Of a stretch of DNA of 64,000 bases, positions 40,784-50,800 are shown piece by piece. A model generated the notes under the pieces. The model saw nothing but the letters and a program-made list of their open reading frames with translations. It ran no database searches and was not told where the DNA came from. Each line of letters starts with the position of its first letter. Position 1 is the first letter of the stretch. The position numbers were made by a program, and so were the translations under genes. Source of the stretch: Actinomycetes bacterium. Lineage in GTDB: Bacteria > Actinomycetota > Acidimicrobiia > Acidimicrobiales > JAMCPL01. The stretch covers positions 86,977-150,976 of the forward strand of contig JAKAWR010000006.1 in NCBI GenBank assembly GCA_021816935.1. The letters are read 5' to 3'.

Positions 40784-43462
40784 TCACTGGTACCAGCCCA
40801 CGACATCGGCTATTACGTCTGTCGATCCTGCGTTGTTGAAGATGGATACATCGCCTCCGGCCCCGAGCATTACGATCACGAGGTTCGGAACCGTCTCGCC
40901 AGGTGACCAGTTGAGATCGGAAGCCGTAGGGCGTTTCTGGCCTGCAGGCCACATGGTGAGGTAACTTGCCGCTACCGTGTGGGTGACCGTCACGTTCAGA
41001 ACGACGGCGGTAGCCCCTGCCGGTACCCCGCCGACCCCTTGCACCTGGACGGTGAGAGAACCCCCTGGAGGGATCGTCTGGCCCTCGTAGGGCTCTCCGG
41101 ACCCCTGGCGGGTATCCAGGATTCTGGCAGGAGTGATCCCGGAGAACTGGGTAAGCGCGCTCCCCGTGCCACCTGGAAGGGTGTACCACCCCCCCACATC
41201 CACTATCACGTTCGCCTGTCCTGAATTGTTGTAGATGGACACCTCGCCTGTGGGTCCGACCGGTACGGATACCCTGTTCGGTGCCGTCACGCCTTTCGTC
41301 CAGTTCAAGTTGGAGGCGGTAGGCCTGTTTGCACCCTGGGGCCACACCGTCAGGTAGCTCGATGCAGTGGTTCCGCTCACCGTCACGTTCAGAACGACCC
41401 CCTCCGCCTTGCCCGCCGGCACTCCGCCCGCTCCTGCCACCTGTATGGTCATGGTTCCCCCTGGCCCCAGCGGGCCGTCGGCGTTGCACTGGGCTTCGGT
41501 GCCGGAGAGCTGGGAGGGGTTTCCCGCCCTCGTGTCGCAGATACGGGCAGGTGCAAGCGGGTTGTACAGACCGGCTCCGGAAGCGGCCGGTCCCACGTAG
41601 CCTTCTACGTCCACGATCACATTTGCAGATGTGACGCTCGTATAGATCGAAACCTGTCCGGATTGGCCGAGCGCGACCTCTACGAGGTTCGGGACCACCT
41701 CTCCCGCTTGGAAGTTCAGATTCGACGACAAAGGCTCCTGGGTCCCGCTCGGGTATATCGTGAAGAAACCGGTAGTGGATGCGCCGGCCGCCGTCACGTT
41801 CAAGACGACGGCCGTGGCACCTGTGGAGGGGACGCCTCCTGAGGTCGCACCGTCAGGGTTCGTTCCCGCCACCTGGATCGTAAGTGGATTGCCTGTACTC
41901 AGGGTTACGCCCGCGCACTGGGCATCGGTGCCGGAGAGGTTGGAGGGGTTTCCCGCCCTCGTGTCGCATATCCGGTACGGGGTGAGCGGGTTGTATGGCG
42001 CAGGCACTGTCGGCTGGGAGGGGATGACGGGTTGCGAGGCAAGAGAGGCGGTGCCGTTTCCGTCGCAGTTGGTGGCCGCTACCGTGAAGGTGTACTTCGT
42101 GCCGTTCGCAAGCCCGCTGACCGTATAGGTGGTGGAAGTGGAGCCGGTCTGCTCCGAGTTCACGAGGGTGGTTCCCGAGTAGATGTCCACCTCGTAGCTC
42201 GTGATCGGGCACTCGCCGGCAAACGATGGAGCGGTCCAGGTGAGGTTGGCCGTTGCGTTGGCCGGGGTGGCTATCACGTTGGTTGGAGCGCCGGGCACGG
42301 TGTTCGTGTTGGCGTAGAGGAAAATGTTGCCCCCGGTGTAGGTGTCTCCTGCGGCGCAGAAGGAGATCGAAGGGCACGAGATCGCTGACAGGTTCCCCTG
42401 GGAGTCGACGGCGACGGCGCTGGACCACGACGTGCCGTCGAAGTACGAGACGTGGCCGCTGTAGGTTCCCCCCGTGCCCGCGATCCCGGCCACGCAGAAC
42501 TTCGCGCTGGCGCACGACACGGCCTCCACCGGCGAGTTGTCCGGAGCGACCAGGACAGGAGCCGCCCACGACGTGCCGTCAAAGGTGACTGCGTACCCGA
42601 GATTGTCGACGGCGGCGCAGAACGACGGCGTCGGGCACGACACGGAATAGAGCATTTCCGCGTTTCCCTGGTAGGAGTCGATCACCTGTGGCGCGCTCCA
42701 GGTCGAACCGTCCCAGCTGAGAGCGTTGCCGAATGAGTCGACGGCGATGCACATGGTCGCGCCCGCGCACGACACGGACTCGAGAGTATGGCCGCTGTTC
42801 GGCGTGCTGTCTACGAACGCCGGTGCCGTCCATGCGGTCCCGTTGAACATCATCGCGTCCCCGTTCTGGTCGACGGCAGCGCAGAACGTCGCGCTCGTGC
42901 ACGATACCGAGTCGATCGCGACGGCGTTCTGGAACTGGTTGGCACTCCCCTGACCGTCGATCAGAGAGGGCGTGCCCCACGTGCCGCTCGAGTACTCGGT
43001 CGCGTAGCCCACGCTGTCGACGACCATGCAGAATGCCGTCGTGGGGCAGGAGATTGTGGCCGTTGTGCCGTTGCCGTTGATCTCGGGGTCGACGGACTTC
43101 GGAGTGCTCCACGACGATCCGTCGTAGTACGTGGCATAGGCGGACTCGTCGAGCCCCACGCAGAACGTCGTGGTTGGGCACGACATTCCCTGGAACGCCG
43201 GAGCCTCCGGGTAGGTCGTCCCGTACACGTTGATCGGGCCGCTCCAGGTTCCGGTCGAAGCAGCCGCCTGCCCGCCTCCGATCAACGCCAGTGTGCCGCC
43301 GACGGTGGCCGGCACCATTGCGGCCAGTGCCAGGGCAAGGCGGACTGCCCAGGCGACGCCCGTCTCGCCGGGATACTGCCACATGCTTCCGTGGGCCTCC
43401 TGAGAACTCTCGTTAACTGAGCTTGCTGGGCCTTGGTGTCGACGCACCTTGCCGGCTTTCAT
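40784..43462 (-). CDS. Giant secreted protein B: 7-blade Cys-pair beta-propeller-like region, FN3, and three C-terminal DTR...GWY repeats
   Basis: Hydrophobic signal-like segment WAVRLALALAAMVPATVGGTLALIGG. Seven ~45-aa units (SCPTTTFCVGLD...YYDGSSWSTP and similar). FN3: PGAPTNVIATPANATANLTWTAP...YEVDIYSG...GTKYTFTVAATN. Three C-terminal repeats ending in VGWYQ. The ATG at 43462 lies 1 nt after the upstream stop; the Met at 43384 is an alternative start. Confidence 0.8.
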   Translation of the reverse strand: MKAGKVRRHQGPASSVNESSQEAHGSMWQYPGETGVAWAVRLALALAAMVPATVGGTLALIGGGQAAASTGTWSGPINVYGTTYPEAPAFQGMSCPTTTFCVGLDESAYATYYDGSSWSTPKSVDPEINGNGTTATISCPTTAFCMVVDSVGYATEYSSGTWGTPSLIDGQGSANQFQNAVAIDSVSCTSATFCAAVDQNGDAMMFNGTAWTAPAFVDSTPNSGHTLESVSCAGATMCIAVDSFGNALSWDGSTWSAPQVIDSYQGNAEMLYSVSCPTPSFCAAVDNLGYAVTFDGTSWAAPVLVAPDNSPVEAVSCASAKFCVAGIAGTGGTYSGHVSYFDGTSWSSAVAVDSQGNLSAISCPSISFCAAGDTYTGGNIFLYANTNTVPGAPTNVIATPANATANLTWTAPSFAGECPITSYEVDIYSGTTLVNSEQTGSTSTTYTVSGLANGTKYTFTVAATNCDGNGTASLASQPVIPSQPTVPAPYNPLTPYRICDTRAGNPSNLSGTDAQCAGVTLSTGNPLTIQVAGTNPDGATSGGVPSTGATAVVLNVTAAGASTTGFFTIYPSGTQEPLSSNLNFQAGEVVPNLVEVALGQSGQVSIYTSVTSANVIVDVEGYVGPAASGAGLYNPLAPARICDTRAGNPSQLSGTEAQCNADGPLGPGGTMTIQVAGAGGVPAGKAEGVVLNVTVSGTTASSYLTVWPQGANRPTASNLNWTKGVTAPNRVSVPVGPTGEVSIYNNSGQANVIVDVGGWYTLPGGTGSALTQFSGITPARILDTRQGSGEPYEGQTIPPGGSLTVQVQGVGGVPAGATAVVLNVTVTHTVAASYLTMWPAGQKRPTASDLNWSPGETVPNLVIVMLGAGGDVSIFNNAGSTDVIADVVGWYQ

Positions 43463-43463
43463 G

Positions 43464-44174
43464 TCAGTCGGAGGGCGTGGCCGTTGCCACGCTCAAAATG
43501 AGCGCACATTCCCCGCTCCTCAGCCCGCTGCTGCTTGCTCCGGCCCCGGTTCCTCCGAACTTGGCCGAAAAGGTCGCGCTGACTCCCCACTTCGCCGACT
43601 TGGCAATTACGACCTCCTCACCGTACGCGCCCCCCGAAGACGTGATGGTGAAGCCGGCAGACCGCAGCTTGGCGGTATAGGCGGCATCCGCCGCCGCAGG
43701 CTTCCCCGGGACGCCTAAGGTAAGGTAAAAGTAGGCTCCGCCATTGTTGGAGCCGGAGCCGGGCGCACTGACTCCGTTGAGGTTCGTCAGCACACGGTAG
43801 CCCGAGGGCAACGGGACTGCCGACGGGAAGTCGGAAGGAAGGCTGGTGCCCTCGGACAGGGTGTTGCCACCCGTTGAGACGGTATAGCTGTTACCGGTCC
43901 CGTTTGACTTGATGGTGCCGCCGCCGGGAATCACTATCGTCTTCGGTGTCGACCCACCGCAGGCCGCAAGGCCCGCAGCAACGGCCGCAACCACGAACCC
44001 GATAGCGATAGCCCGTACGGCAAGGACGGAGGCCAGATGCCCCCTTGCCGCGACCGGCAACGTCCGCCGTGCCTCGCGAGCTCCGGAATCGGCGCCTGCC
44101 CGTCCGAGTGCCACCGCCTCCGGTGCCGGCAGCGCAAGCCTCTCTTGAACTGCTCGAACTCGACTTCCCATCAC
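43464..44174 (-). CDS. Putative lipoprotein, unknown function, first gene of the B-A operon
   Basis: Lipobox AAGLAAC-GG after the hydrophobic stretch AIAIGFVVAAVAAGLAAC. The mature part is Gly/Ser/Thr-rich. The true start is probably internal (for example TTG at 44060). Confidence 0.55.
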   Translation of the reverse strand: MMGSRVRAVQERLALPAPEAVALGRAGADSGAREARRTLPVAARGHLASVLAVRAIAIGFVVAAVAAGLAACGGSTPKTIVIPGGGTIKSNGTGNSYTVSTGGNTLSEGTSLPSDFPSAVPLPSGYRVLTNLNGVSAPGSGSNNGGAYFYLTLGVPGKPAAADAAYTAKLRSAGFTITSSGGAYGEEVVIAKSAKWGVSATFSAKFGGTGAGASSSGLRSGECALILSVATATPSD

Positions 44175-44407
44175 GTTGCCACCTCCTGGCTACCTTTTCT
44201 TGTTCATTGACACCTGCACCAGACTTGCCCGTTGCAGGGATGGACCGTGTGCGAAGCGAGTCTCTGCTCGCCTGACGCACCTGTCAGGGGGCGGCCTTTC
44301 GTCGCATATTGGCCCGTTTGTCCGTGCTTAGTGTACGTACAGAGCGGCACGATAACATCGGGAAGATGCCCTAATGATAAGGACCTGTAAAGCCGCCACG
44401 TTCGCCG

Positions 44408-44902
44408 GTGAGCACCTCCAAGCCGTGGCTCAGCGGTAGCATTGCCGGCGTGAGAGAGGATTGCGAGCATTTCCAGAGCAGGACCTATCCGGACGGCGAG
44501 GCGGCCCGGTTCTGCGAGCTGAACCTGGCTCCTGAGGCTCCCTGGAGGTGCCCCAAGGACTGCAAGGCATACGAGAGGCGCCTTGTCGACCTGAGTTTCG
44601 ACAGGGGAAGCCTTGCTTACCGGCAGGTGGAGGAGGATCCGGTGGCGAACGAGGATGAGCTGGCGGTGTTGGCCCAGGCAGAAGAGCTGGTCGAAGAGGC
44701 GATTCCCGAGATGTTGCATGAGCTTGGCCGGGACGGCGAGGGAGGCTCGGACGGGTCGTTCAAGCCAGATTCGCTTTCGGACGACCCGTTACGACCCACG
44801 GGGCCAGGAGGGCAACTCAGGAGGGATCGCTCCGGGGCCGCCAGCCGCGGCTCGGGTGCGTTATCCCGTCTTTTCGGTCGCAGAAAGCGATACAACTCCT
44901 GA
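44408..44902 (+). CDS. Hypothetical protein with a 4-Cys N-terminal motif and an acidic/disordered C-terminus
   Basis: The 164-aa ORF has four Cys: DCEHF...FCELN...WRCPKDC. No family recognised. Confidence 0.45.
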   Translation: MSTSKPWLSGSIAGVREDCEHFQSRTYPDGEAARFCELNLAPEAPWRCPKDCKAYERRLVDLSFDRGSLAYRQVEEDPVANEDELAVLAQAEELVEEAIPEMLHELGRDGEGGSDGSFKPDSLSDDPLRPTGPGGQLRRDRSGAASRGSGALSRLFGRRKRYNS

Positions 44903-44933
44903 TCACGGGATAGCCTGGCCTCGGGAGGCGTTA

Positions 44934-45093
44934 GGGCCCGTGTCATAATTAATTGAGCGATCCCGACGGCCAGATGACGCCCCTGGCTGTGTCCTCGTCC
45001 TCGATGTACTCCCTGGTACATCTGCGTCCTCGTCCTTGCCAGATGACGCCCCTGACTCGCCGGATATCATCCCACTAATTATGACACGGGCCC
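44934..45093 (-). mobile_element. MITE-like element, copy B (inverted relative to copy A)
   Basis: It is the exact reverse complement of 31207-31366. It is flanked by TTA on both sides, which is TAA in the element's own orientation. Confidence 0.85.
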
Positions 45094-45243
45094 TTACCGT
45101 TCAGTCGATCGCGAGAATGCGGTAGCTGCGGTCGCCCATGGCACCGAAGGAATGCGCAAGGCACGTCGGCCAGCGGGCCGTTGCTGGCTGATACCGCGGG
45201 CAGCGCTCTGGCCCGGCGGGGACGGTGCCGGGCCGGGCAGGGT

Positions 45244-47736
45244 TCAGCCTGCGGGGAGGTTGGTCGACTGGGCGAGGGTGAAGCTGTCCTGAAGCGGCAG
45301 GTTCACCAGGGCTGAAGAGTCACCGACGTAGACACGGTAGGTACCCGGTGCGTCGGTCCAGGTGCCGGCTGTAGAGTTATTGGCAGCTCCCGAGCTGTCG
45401 CCGGCTGAGGTTTGGAAGTAAGCGAGGCTCCTTGCGTCGAGGTGGAAAGTGACAGCCTCCGACTGTCCGCGTGCCAGGGTTACCCGCTGGAAGCCCTTCA
45501 ATTGCAGCGGGGGTTCACCGGTCGAGGCCGGATCACCCACGTACAGCTGTACCACGTCGGATCCCGCCGTACGGCCGGTGTTCGTCACCTGGGCGCTGAC
45601 GGTAGCGACGGTCGGGGATCCGGTTGATTGTACCCCCGCCCTCCCACTTCCCGCCCTCGCACTCTCGCTACTACCACCCGTCCCACTCGTGTCACCCCCC
45701 CCGTTGCCCCCGCCCCGGCTGACCAAGAGGTGCGAAAAAGAGAACGTGGTATAGGAGAGACCGAAACCGAAGGGGAAAAGCGGGACGAGATCGTGTTCGT
45801 CGTAGTATCGGTACCCGACGAAGATCCCCTCCGAGTAATCGACGTTGCCGCCCACGCCGGGGAATTGGGCAGGCGAGCTGACAGGGCTCTCGGAGTAGCT
45901 GGTGGGAAAGGTGATGGTGAGGTGCCCGGAGGGGTTGGTTTGCCCGAAGATCACCGAGGCAATGGCGGTGCCGTCCTCCTCTCCAGGGTATCCCGCATAG
46001 ATCACGCCTGCGACGCTTCCCAGCCAGGGCATTGTTACGGGGGTGCCGCTGTTGAGGACCACGATCGTGCGCGGATTCGCTGTCGCGACGGCCTCGACCA
46101 GGGCCGTATCGGTAGCGGAGAGCGCCATGGACGTCGCGTCGTCCATGCCCTCGAAGTCGAGGTTGGACACGAATACGATCGCGAAGCGAGAAGCTCTGGC
46201 AACCCGCGAGGCTGCCGTTGGGTCGTCGGAGGTGTCGCAGGTCACCGCTACCCCGTGGGGAGCTACCGCCTTGATGCCGTCGCAGGGAGTCACGATGAAC
46301 GGAGCGTTCACATGGGCACTGCTGATCGCGGGCGTAGCTGTAACAGCGCTTTCGCCGGCGTCGGAGCCGATCACTGCAACAGACCCGGCGGAGCTGCCGA
46401 GAGGGAGGAGCCCCCCCTCGTTCCGGAGCAGAACGGTGCCCTCCTCCGCCACCTTCCTGGCGAAGGCGGCATGGGAAGGCGTGTCAACGCTGCTCGAGGA
46501 GCTTCCGGTCGGCCGCCGGTCGAAAAGCCCAAAGCGGAACATCTGCGAAAGTATCTCGCCAACCAAAGTGTCGATGGTCGATACGGACACCCGGTGATGC
46601 TTCACTGCGTCGTAGAGCTGGCCCAGGTCGTAGTAGCTGGAACTCTGTGTAAGTCCGAGCTGAGAGAAGTTGAGCCCGGCATTGGCCGAGGCGGCCGTCG
46701 CGTGAGTCGCGCCGTAATCCGAACCGACGAACCCGCTGAAGTGGTACGTGTCCCTGAGCACGTTGGTAAGCAGGTAGTGGTCGTTGCAGGCAAACTGGCC
46801 GTTCGGGTGGCTGTAGGAACACATGATCGATGCCGGCGACGCCTGCTCGACCACCGCCCGCCAGGCGGGTAGGTAGATCTCCTGGAGCGCCCGCTCGCTC
46901 ACGATTACGTTGTCGCTCGCTGTGTTGCGGTGCGTTTCCTGGTTGTAGAGAGCAAAGTGCTTGACCTGAGCCATCATGCCCTCCGATTGGATGCCCTCGA
47001 CGTTGGCGACCCCGAGCTGCGCTGTGAGATATGGGTCCTCGCTGTAAGTCTCGAACGAGCGTCCCCAAACCGGAACCCGGTCAATGTTGATGGTCGGTCC
47101 GAAGATCATGCCGACGCCTTGCCCCCAGTGCTCCTTAGCATTCAGCTGCCCGTACTCGTACGAAAGTTGCGGGTCCCAGGTCTGGGCGAGCACCTGCGGG
47201 TCGGGGAGCTGGGTTACGTTGACGGCGCCGCCGCCCACTCCTGCGGAATCGTCCTCCGAGGTGAGCGACGGAATGCACAGGCTCGGCATTCCCAGGAGGT
47301 ATCCTTCCTGGCCGTTTCTCGTCGTGGTCGGGTGCATTATCGCGATCTTCTGCTTCAACGTCATTCTCGCAAGGAGCATGCCGACCCGCTTGCCGACGGG
47401 GAGCCGCGGGTCGAGCCACGGGCACTTGCCGAGCTCGGCGGGCGTGGGCAGCATTACCCTTGTCCCGGGTATCCGGCCGAAGGGCACGTCCGACGCAGAC
47501 AGCCCACTTACCCCGTTGCCGGTTCCCGAGGAGCACGAGGCGAGTCCGGCGGCAAGTACCAGGGCGGCACTGGTCGTAGCGGCAGTGAGCAGCACGGAGC
47601 GCCGGATCAGCCGGGCGCATCGGGTGGACGGGCGAGAGCCGGGCGGATCCGCCTCGCCGGATCTTGCTACGTATGCTGCGAGCATCGTGTCGGCCTCATG
47701 GCTTCTCATACTGTCATACCGGCGTGCTGGTGCCAA
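45244..47736 (-). CDS. Glycoside hydrolase family 3 (beta-glucosidase-like), probably a lipoprotein
   Basis: GPTINIDRVPVWGRSFETYSEDPYL...KHFALYNQE...IMCSYS...GFVGSDYGA (nucleophile Asp region), a C-terminal FnIII-like domain, and the N-terminal lipobox LAAGLASC. The start is uncertain. Confidence 0.9.
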   Translation of the reverse strand: MAPARRYDSMRSHEADTMLAAYVARSGEADPPGSRPSTRCARLIRRSVLLTAATTSAALVLAAGLASCSSGTGNGVSGLSASDVPFGRIPGTRVMLPTPAELGKCPWLDPRLPVGKRVGMLLARMTLKQKIAIMHPTTTRNGQEGYLLGMPSLCIPSLTSEDDSAGVGGGAVNVTQLPDPQVLAQTWDPQLSYEYGQLNAKEHWGQGVGMIFGPTINIDRVPVWGRSFETYSEDPYLTAQLGVANVEGIQSEGMMAQVKHFALYNQETHRNTASDNVIVSERALQEIYLPAWRAVVEQASPASIMCSYSHPNGQFACNDHYLLTNVLRDTYHFSGFVGSDYGATHATAASANAGLNFSQLGLTQSSSYYDLGQLYDAVKHHRVSVSTIDTLVGEILSQMFRFGLFDRRPTGSSSSSVDTPSHAAFARKVAEEGTVLLRNEGGLLPLGSSAGSVAVIGSDAGESAVTATPAISSAHVNAPFIVTPCDGIKAVAPHGVAVTCDTSDDPTAASRVARASRFAIVFVSNLDFEGMDDATSMALSATDTALVEAVATANPRTIVVLNSGTPVTMPWLGSVAGVIYAGYPGEEDGTAIASVIFGQTNPSGHLTITFPTSYSESPVSSPAQFPGVGGNVDYSEGIFVGYRYYDEHDLVPLFPFGFGLSYTTFSFSHLLVSRGGGNGGGDTSGTGGSSESARAGSGRAGVQSTGSPTVATVSAQVTNTGRTAGSDVVQLYVGDPASTGEPPLQLKGFQRVTLARGQSEAVTFHLDARSLAYFQTSAGDSSGAANNSTAGTWTDAPGTYRVYVGDSSALVNLPLQDSFTLAQSTNLPAG

Positions 47737-47847
47737 TTGTGGCGGGGGACCGGGGACCCGGCCGGCGGGGGACCGGGGATCCTGTGGTGGGGCGTCTACG
47801 CTGGAACCTGTGCAATCTCATGATGTGGTGCGTCCGAAAGTAGGCGA

Positions 47848-50800
47848 ATGGCGATCGGACGGATGAACATCCTGGTCGACGTTTGGGAGCCCGGCGAGCC
47901 CGCCCCGGCAGTTCTGGCGGCTCTGGAGCAGGTTCAGCCGCTTGTGGCGGCGGTATGGGCTCGCAGCGGTACGTACCGGAGCGTGCTCGTCGTCACGCCG
48001 ACGGCGGGCGAGGCCGAAAGGATCGCACGCGACGCGAGAGTGTGGCTCGGGTCGGTCGTCGTCGGCGGGCAGCGTGCGGCCGCGGCCGGCGCAGGTCGAG
48101 AAGGCAACGCGGAGCCGGCCGGGCACACCAGCACGACCGGACCCGCCAGCACGGCGGGTGTGGCGAGGGGAGACCGGAAGGATCGGCGCCAGGTGAGGGT
48201 GATGGAGTTCCCCGCCTGGGATACGTTGCCCTTCGAGCGGGTCTCTCCGAGGGTGGAGTCGATGGGAGAGAGGGTACGGGTTCTTCACGCTTTGCAGGAT
48301 GGCGGGTCGGCCGAGCCAAGCGACGGGGGCAGGCTGATGGTCGTCGCCTCCGTGAGGGCCGTGCTCCAGCGGCTCTGCCCGGGTCAGCCGTCGGCGCCGG
48401 TCGGGATCGCGGTGGGCGATACGGTCGACCTTTCCGGGCTCGCAGCGGAGCTTTCCCGTATGGGCTACCGGCGGGAGTACATGGCCGAGCACCGGGGTGA
48501 GTATGCGGTGCGGGGCGGGATACTCGACATCTATCCCTCCACATCGGACATGCCGGTGAGGGTGGACCTACTCGGGGACGAGATCGAGTCCGTATTCGAG
48601 CTGGATCCGGTCGATCAACGGTCGAAGCGGGAGATCGGCCGGGTGGAGGTTTTCCCCGCAAGGGAGTTCCTGCCCACGCCCGAGGTGCGTGCAATGGCTG
48701 CAGAATTGGTCGCTGAGCTGCCTGGAGCGGCCGGGCCGCTCGAGAAGATTGCAGAAGGGCAGCTTTTCGACGGGATGGAGACGTTCATGCCGGTACTCGT
48801 CGGCCAAGAGCGGCTGATAGCGGATCTCCTCGGCGAGGACAGCCTCGTTGTGCTTGCCGATCCCGGGAGGATCGAGGCTCGCTCAGAGGAACTTGCCAGC
48901 GATGAGGCAGCGCTTGCCGCAGCGCTCGCTCCCACATGGGGTATCGGAGCGGTTGAACCGATCGGAAAGGCGAGTGCTGGCGGTGAGCCGGCGAGTGGTG
49001 GTGGCGGTGACCCGCCGGCTGATGCGGGCGGTGATCCGGCAAGTGGCCTGCCTCGCCTCCACCTCGACCACCAAAGGATGCTGGCTAGAACGCCTGCGCA
49101 CGCCTGCGCTCTCGTCAGCGTATCAACGGGACCGGCGGTCCCGACCGTAGAGGCTAGCCAGGTCGACCTCCCCCGAGCCGATCCGGAAGCCCTTGTTTCC
49201 CGGTTGGCATCCCATGTCGCGGAGGGCTGGCGAGTGGTTGTGGCCGCCCAGGGCGAGGGGTCGGCCGAGCGCCTTTCCGAGCGGCTTATGGATCTGAGGC
49301 CCCGCTCGATCGAGCCGGCGAGCCCGGTAATGGATCTACTCGACGGTGATCCGGGTCTGGCCATTGCCGTCGCGCCACTCGAACAGGGCTTCGTCATGCC
49401 CGGCCAGCGGACTATGGTTATTGCAGAGCCTGACCTCACTGGCCATCGTCCGTTCAGGCGCCCCGCCAGGAACCGGGGGAGGCGAGGGACCGGGCGGCCG
49501 AGCGCTGCGCGCGACAGCGGTGAGACCACCTTCTTCGACGACCTTGCTCCCGGATCGTACGTCGTCCACAGCGATTACGGAGTGGCCAGGTACGAGGGGA
49601 TGGTCGTTCGCACCATGGCGGGTTCCACTCGGGACTACCTGCTCCTCGCATTCAGGGGAAGCGACAGGCTGTACCTCCCCACCGACCAGATCGATATGCT
49701 CACGGCCTACAGCGGCGGTGAGACCCCCACGCTCTCGAAGTTGGGCGGCGGCGACTGGCAGAAAACGAGGTCGCGGGCGAGGGCGGCGGTGCACGAGCTG
49801 GCGCGTGACCTGGTCGAGCTGTACAGGGAGCGATCCCAGGTGGCAGGGCACGCATTCTCAGAGGACGGCCCGTGGCAGGGCGAGCTGGAGGATTCGTTTC
49901 CATACGTGATGACACCCGGCCAGGCCGGTGCCATAGCGGCGGTTAAGGAGGACATGGAATCCGAGCGGCCGATGGATCGCCTCGTCTGCGGCGACGTCGG
50001 TTTCGGTAAGACCGAGGTTGCCGTGCAGGCCGTCTTCAAGGCGGTCGTTGAGGGCAGGCAGGCGGCCGTTCTGGCGCCTACGACCCTCCTCGCCCAGCAG
50101 CACACCCAGACTTTCGCAGAGAGGTTGTCGGGTTTCCCGGTCACCATAGGGACCCTATCCCGCTTCACGCCTCCTGCCGAGGCGAGGCGGCTGGCGCAGG
50201 AACTTGCCGCCGGTAAGGTTGACGTCGTGATCGGCACGCACCGCATCCTCCAGGAGGCGGTCCGCTTCAAGAACCTGGGGCTCATAGTTGTCGACGAGGA
50301 GCATCGCTTCGGGGTCAATCACAAGGAGGCGCTCAAACACCTTTTCGTCGGGGTGGACGTGCTCACGTTGACGGCGAACCCTATCCCGCGCACCCTCGAG
50401 ATGGCTTTGACCGGGATCCGTGAACTGTCAGTGATCGACACCCCCCCCGAGGAGCGCCAACCGATCCTCACATTTGTCGGGAAGTACGACGAGGCGGCGG
50501 TCGTGGAAGCCGTGCGAAGGGAGATGTTGCGTGAAGGGCTCGTCTTCTACGTCCACAATCATGTCGCCGATATCGAACGGGTCGGCGCGAGACTTTCCGA
50601 GCTCGTGCCATCTGCCCGCGTGGCGGTGGCGCACGGGCAGATGGAAGAGGGCAGGCTGGAGCGCATCATGATGGATGTCTGGGAGCGCCGCTACGACGTG
50701 CTGGTCGCCACGACCATTATTGAGGCGGGGATCGATGTTCCCTCCGCGTCCACGCTGGTGGTCGATACGGCTCACCGGCTCGGTCTCGGCCAGCTCCATC

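Noticed and set aside
40784-40806. An apparent 23-nt overlap of genes B and A in the ORF track.
   Set aside because: The overlap is a product of longest-ORF calling. The Met at 40725 gives a canonical signal-peptide N-terminus (MVPVRWQLRSGLASASLSVLGIVLL...), whereas the upstream 27 codons are acidic and atypical.
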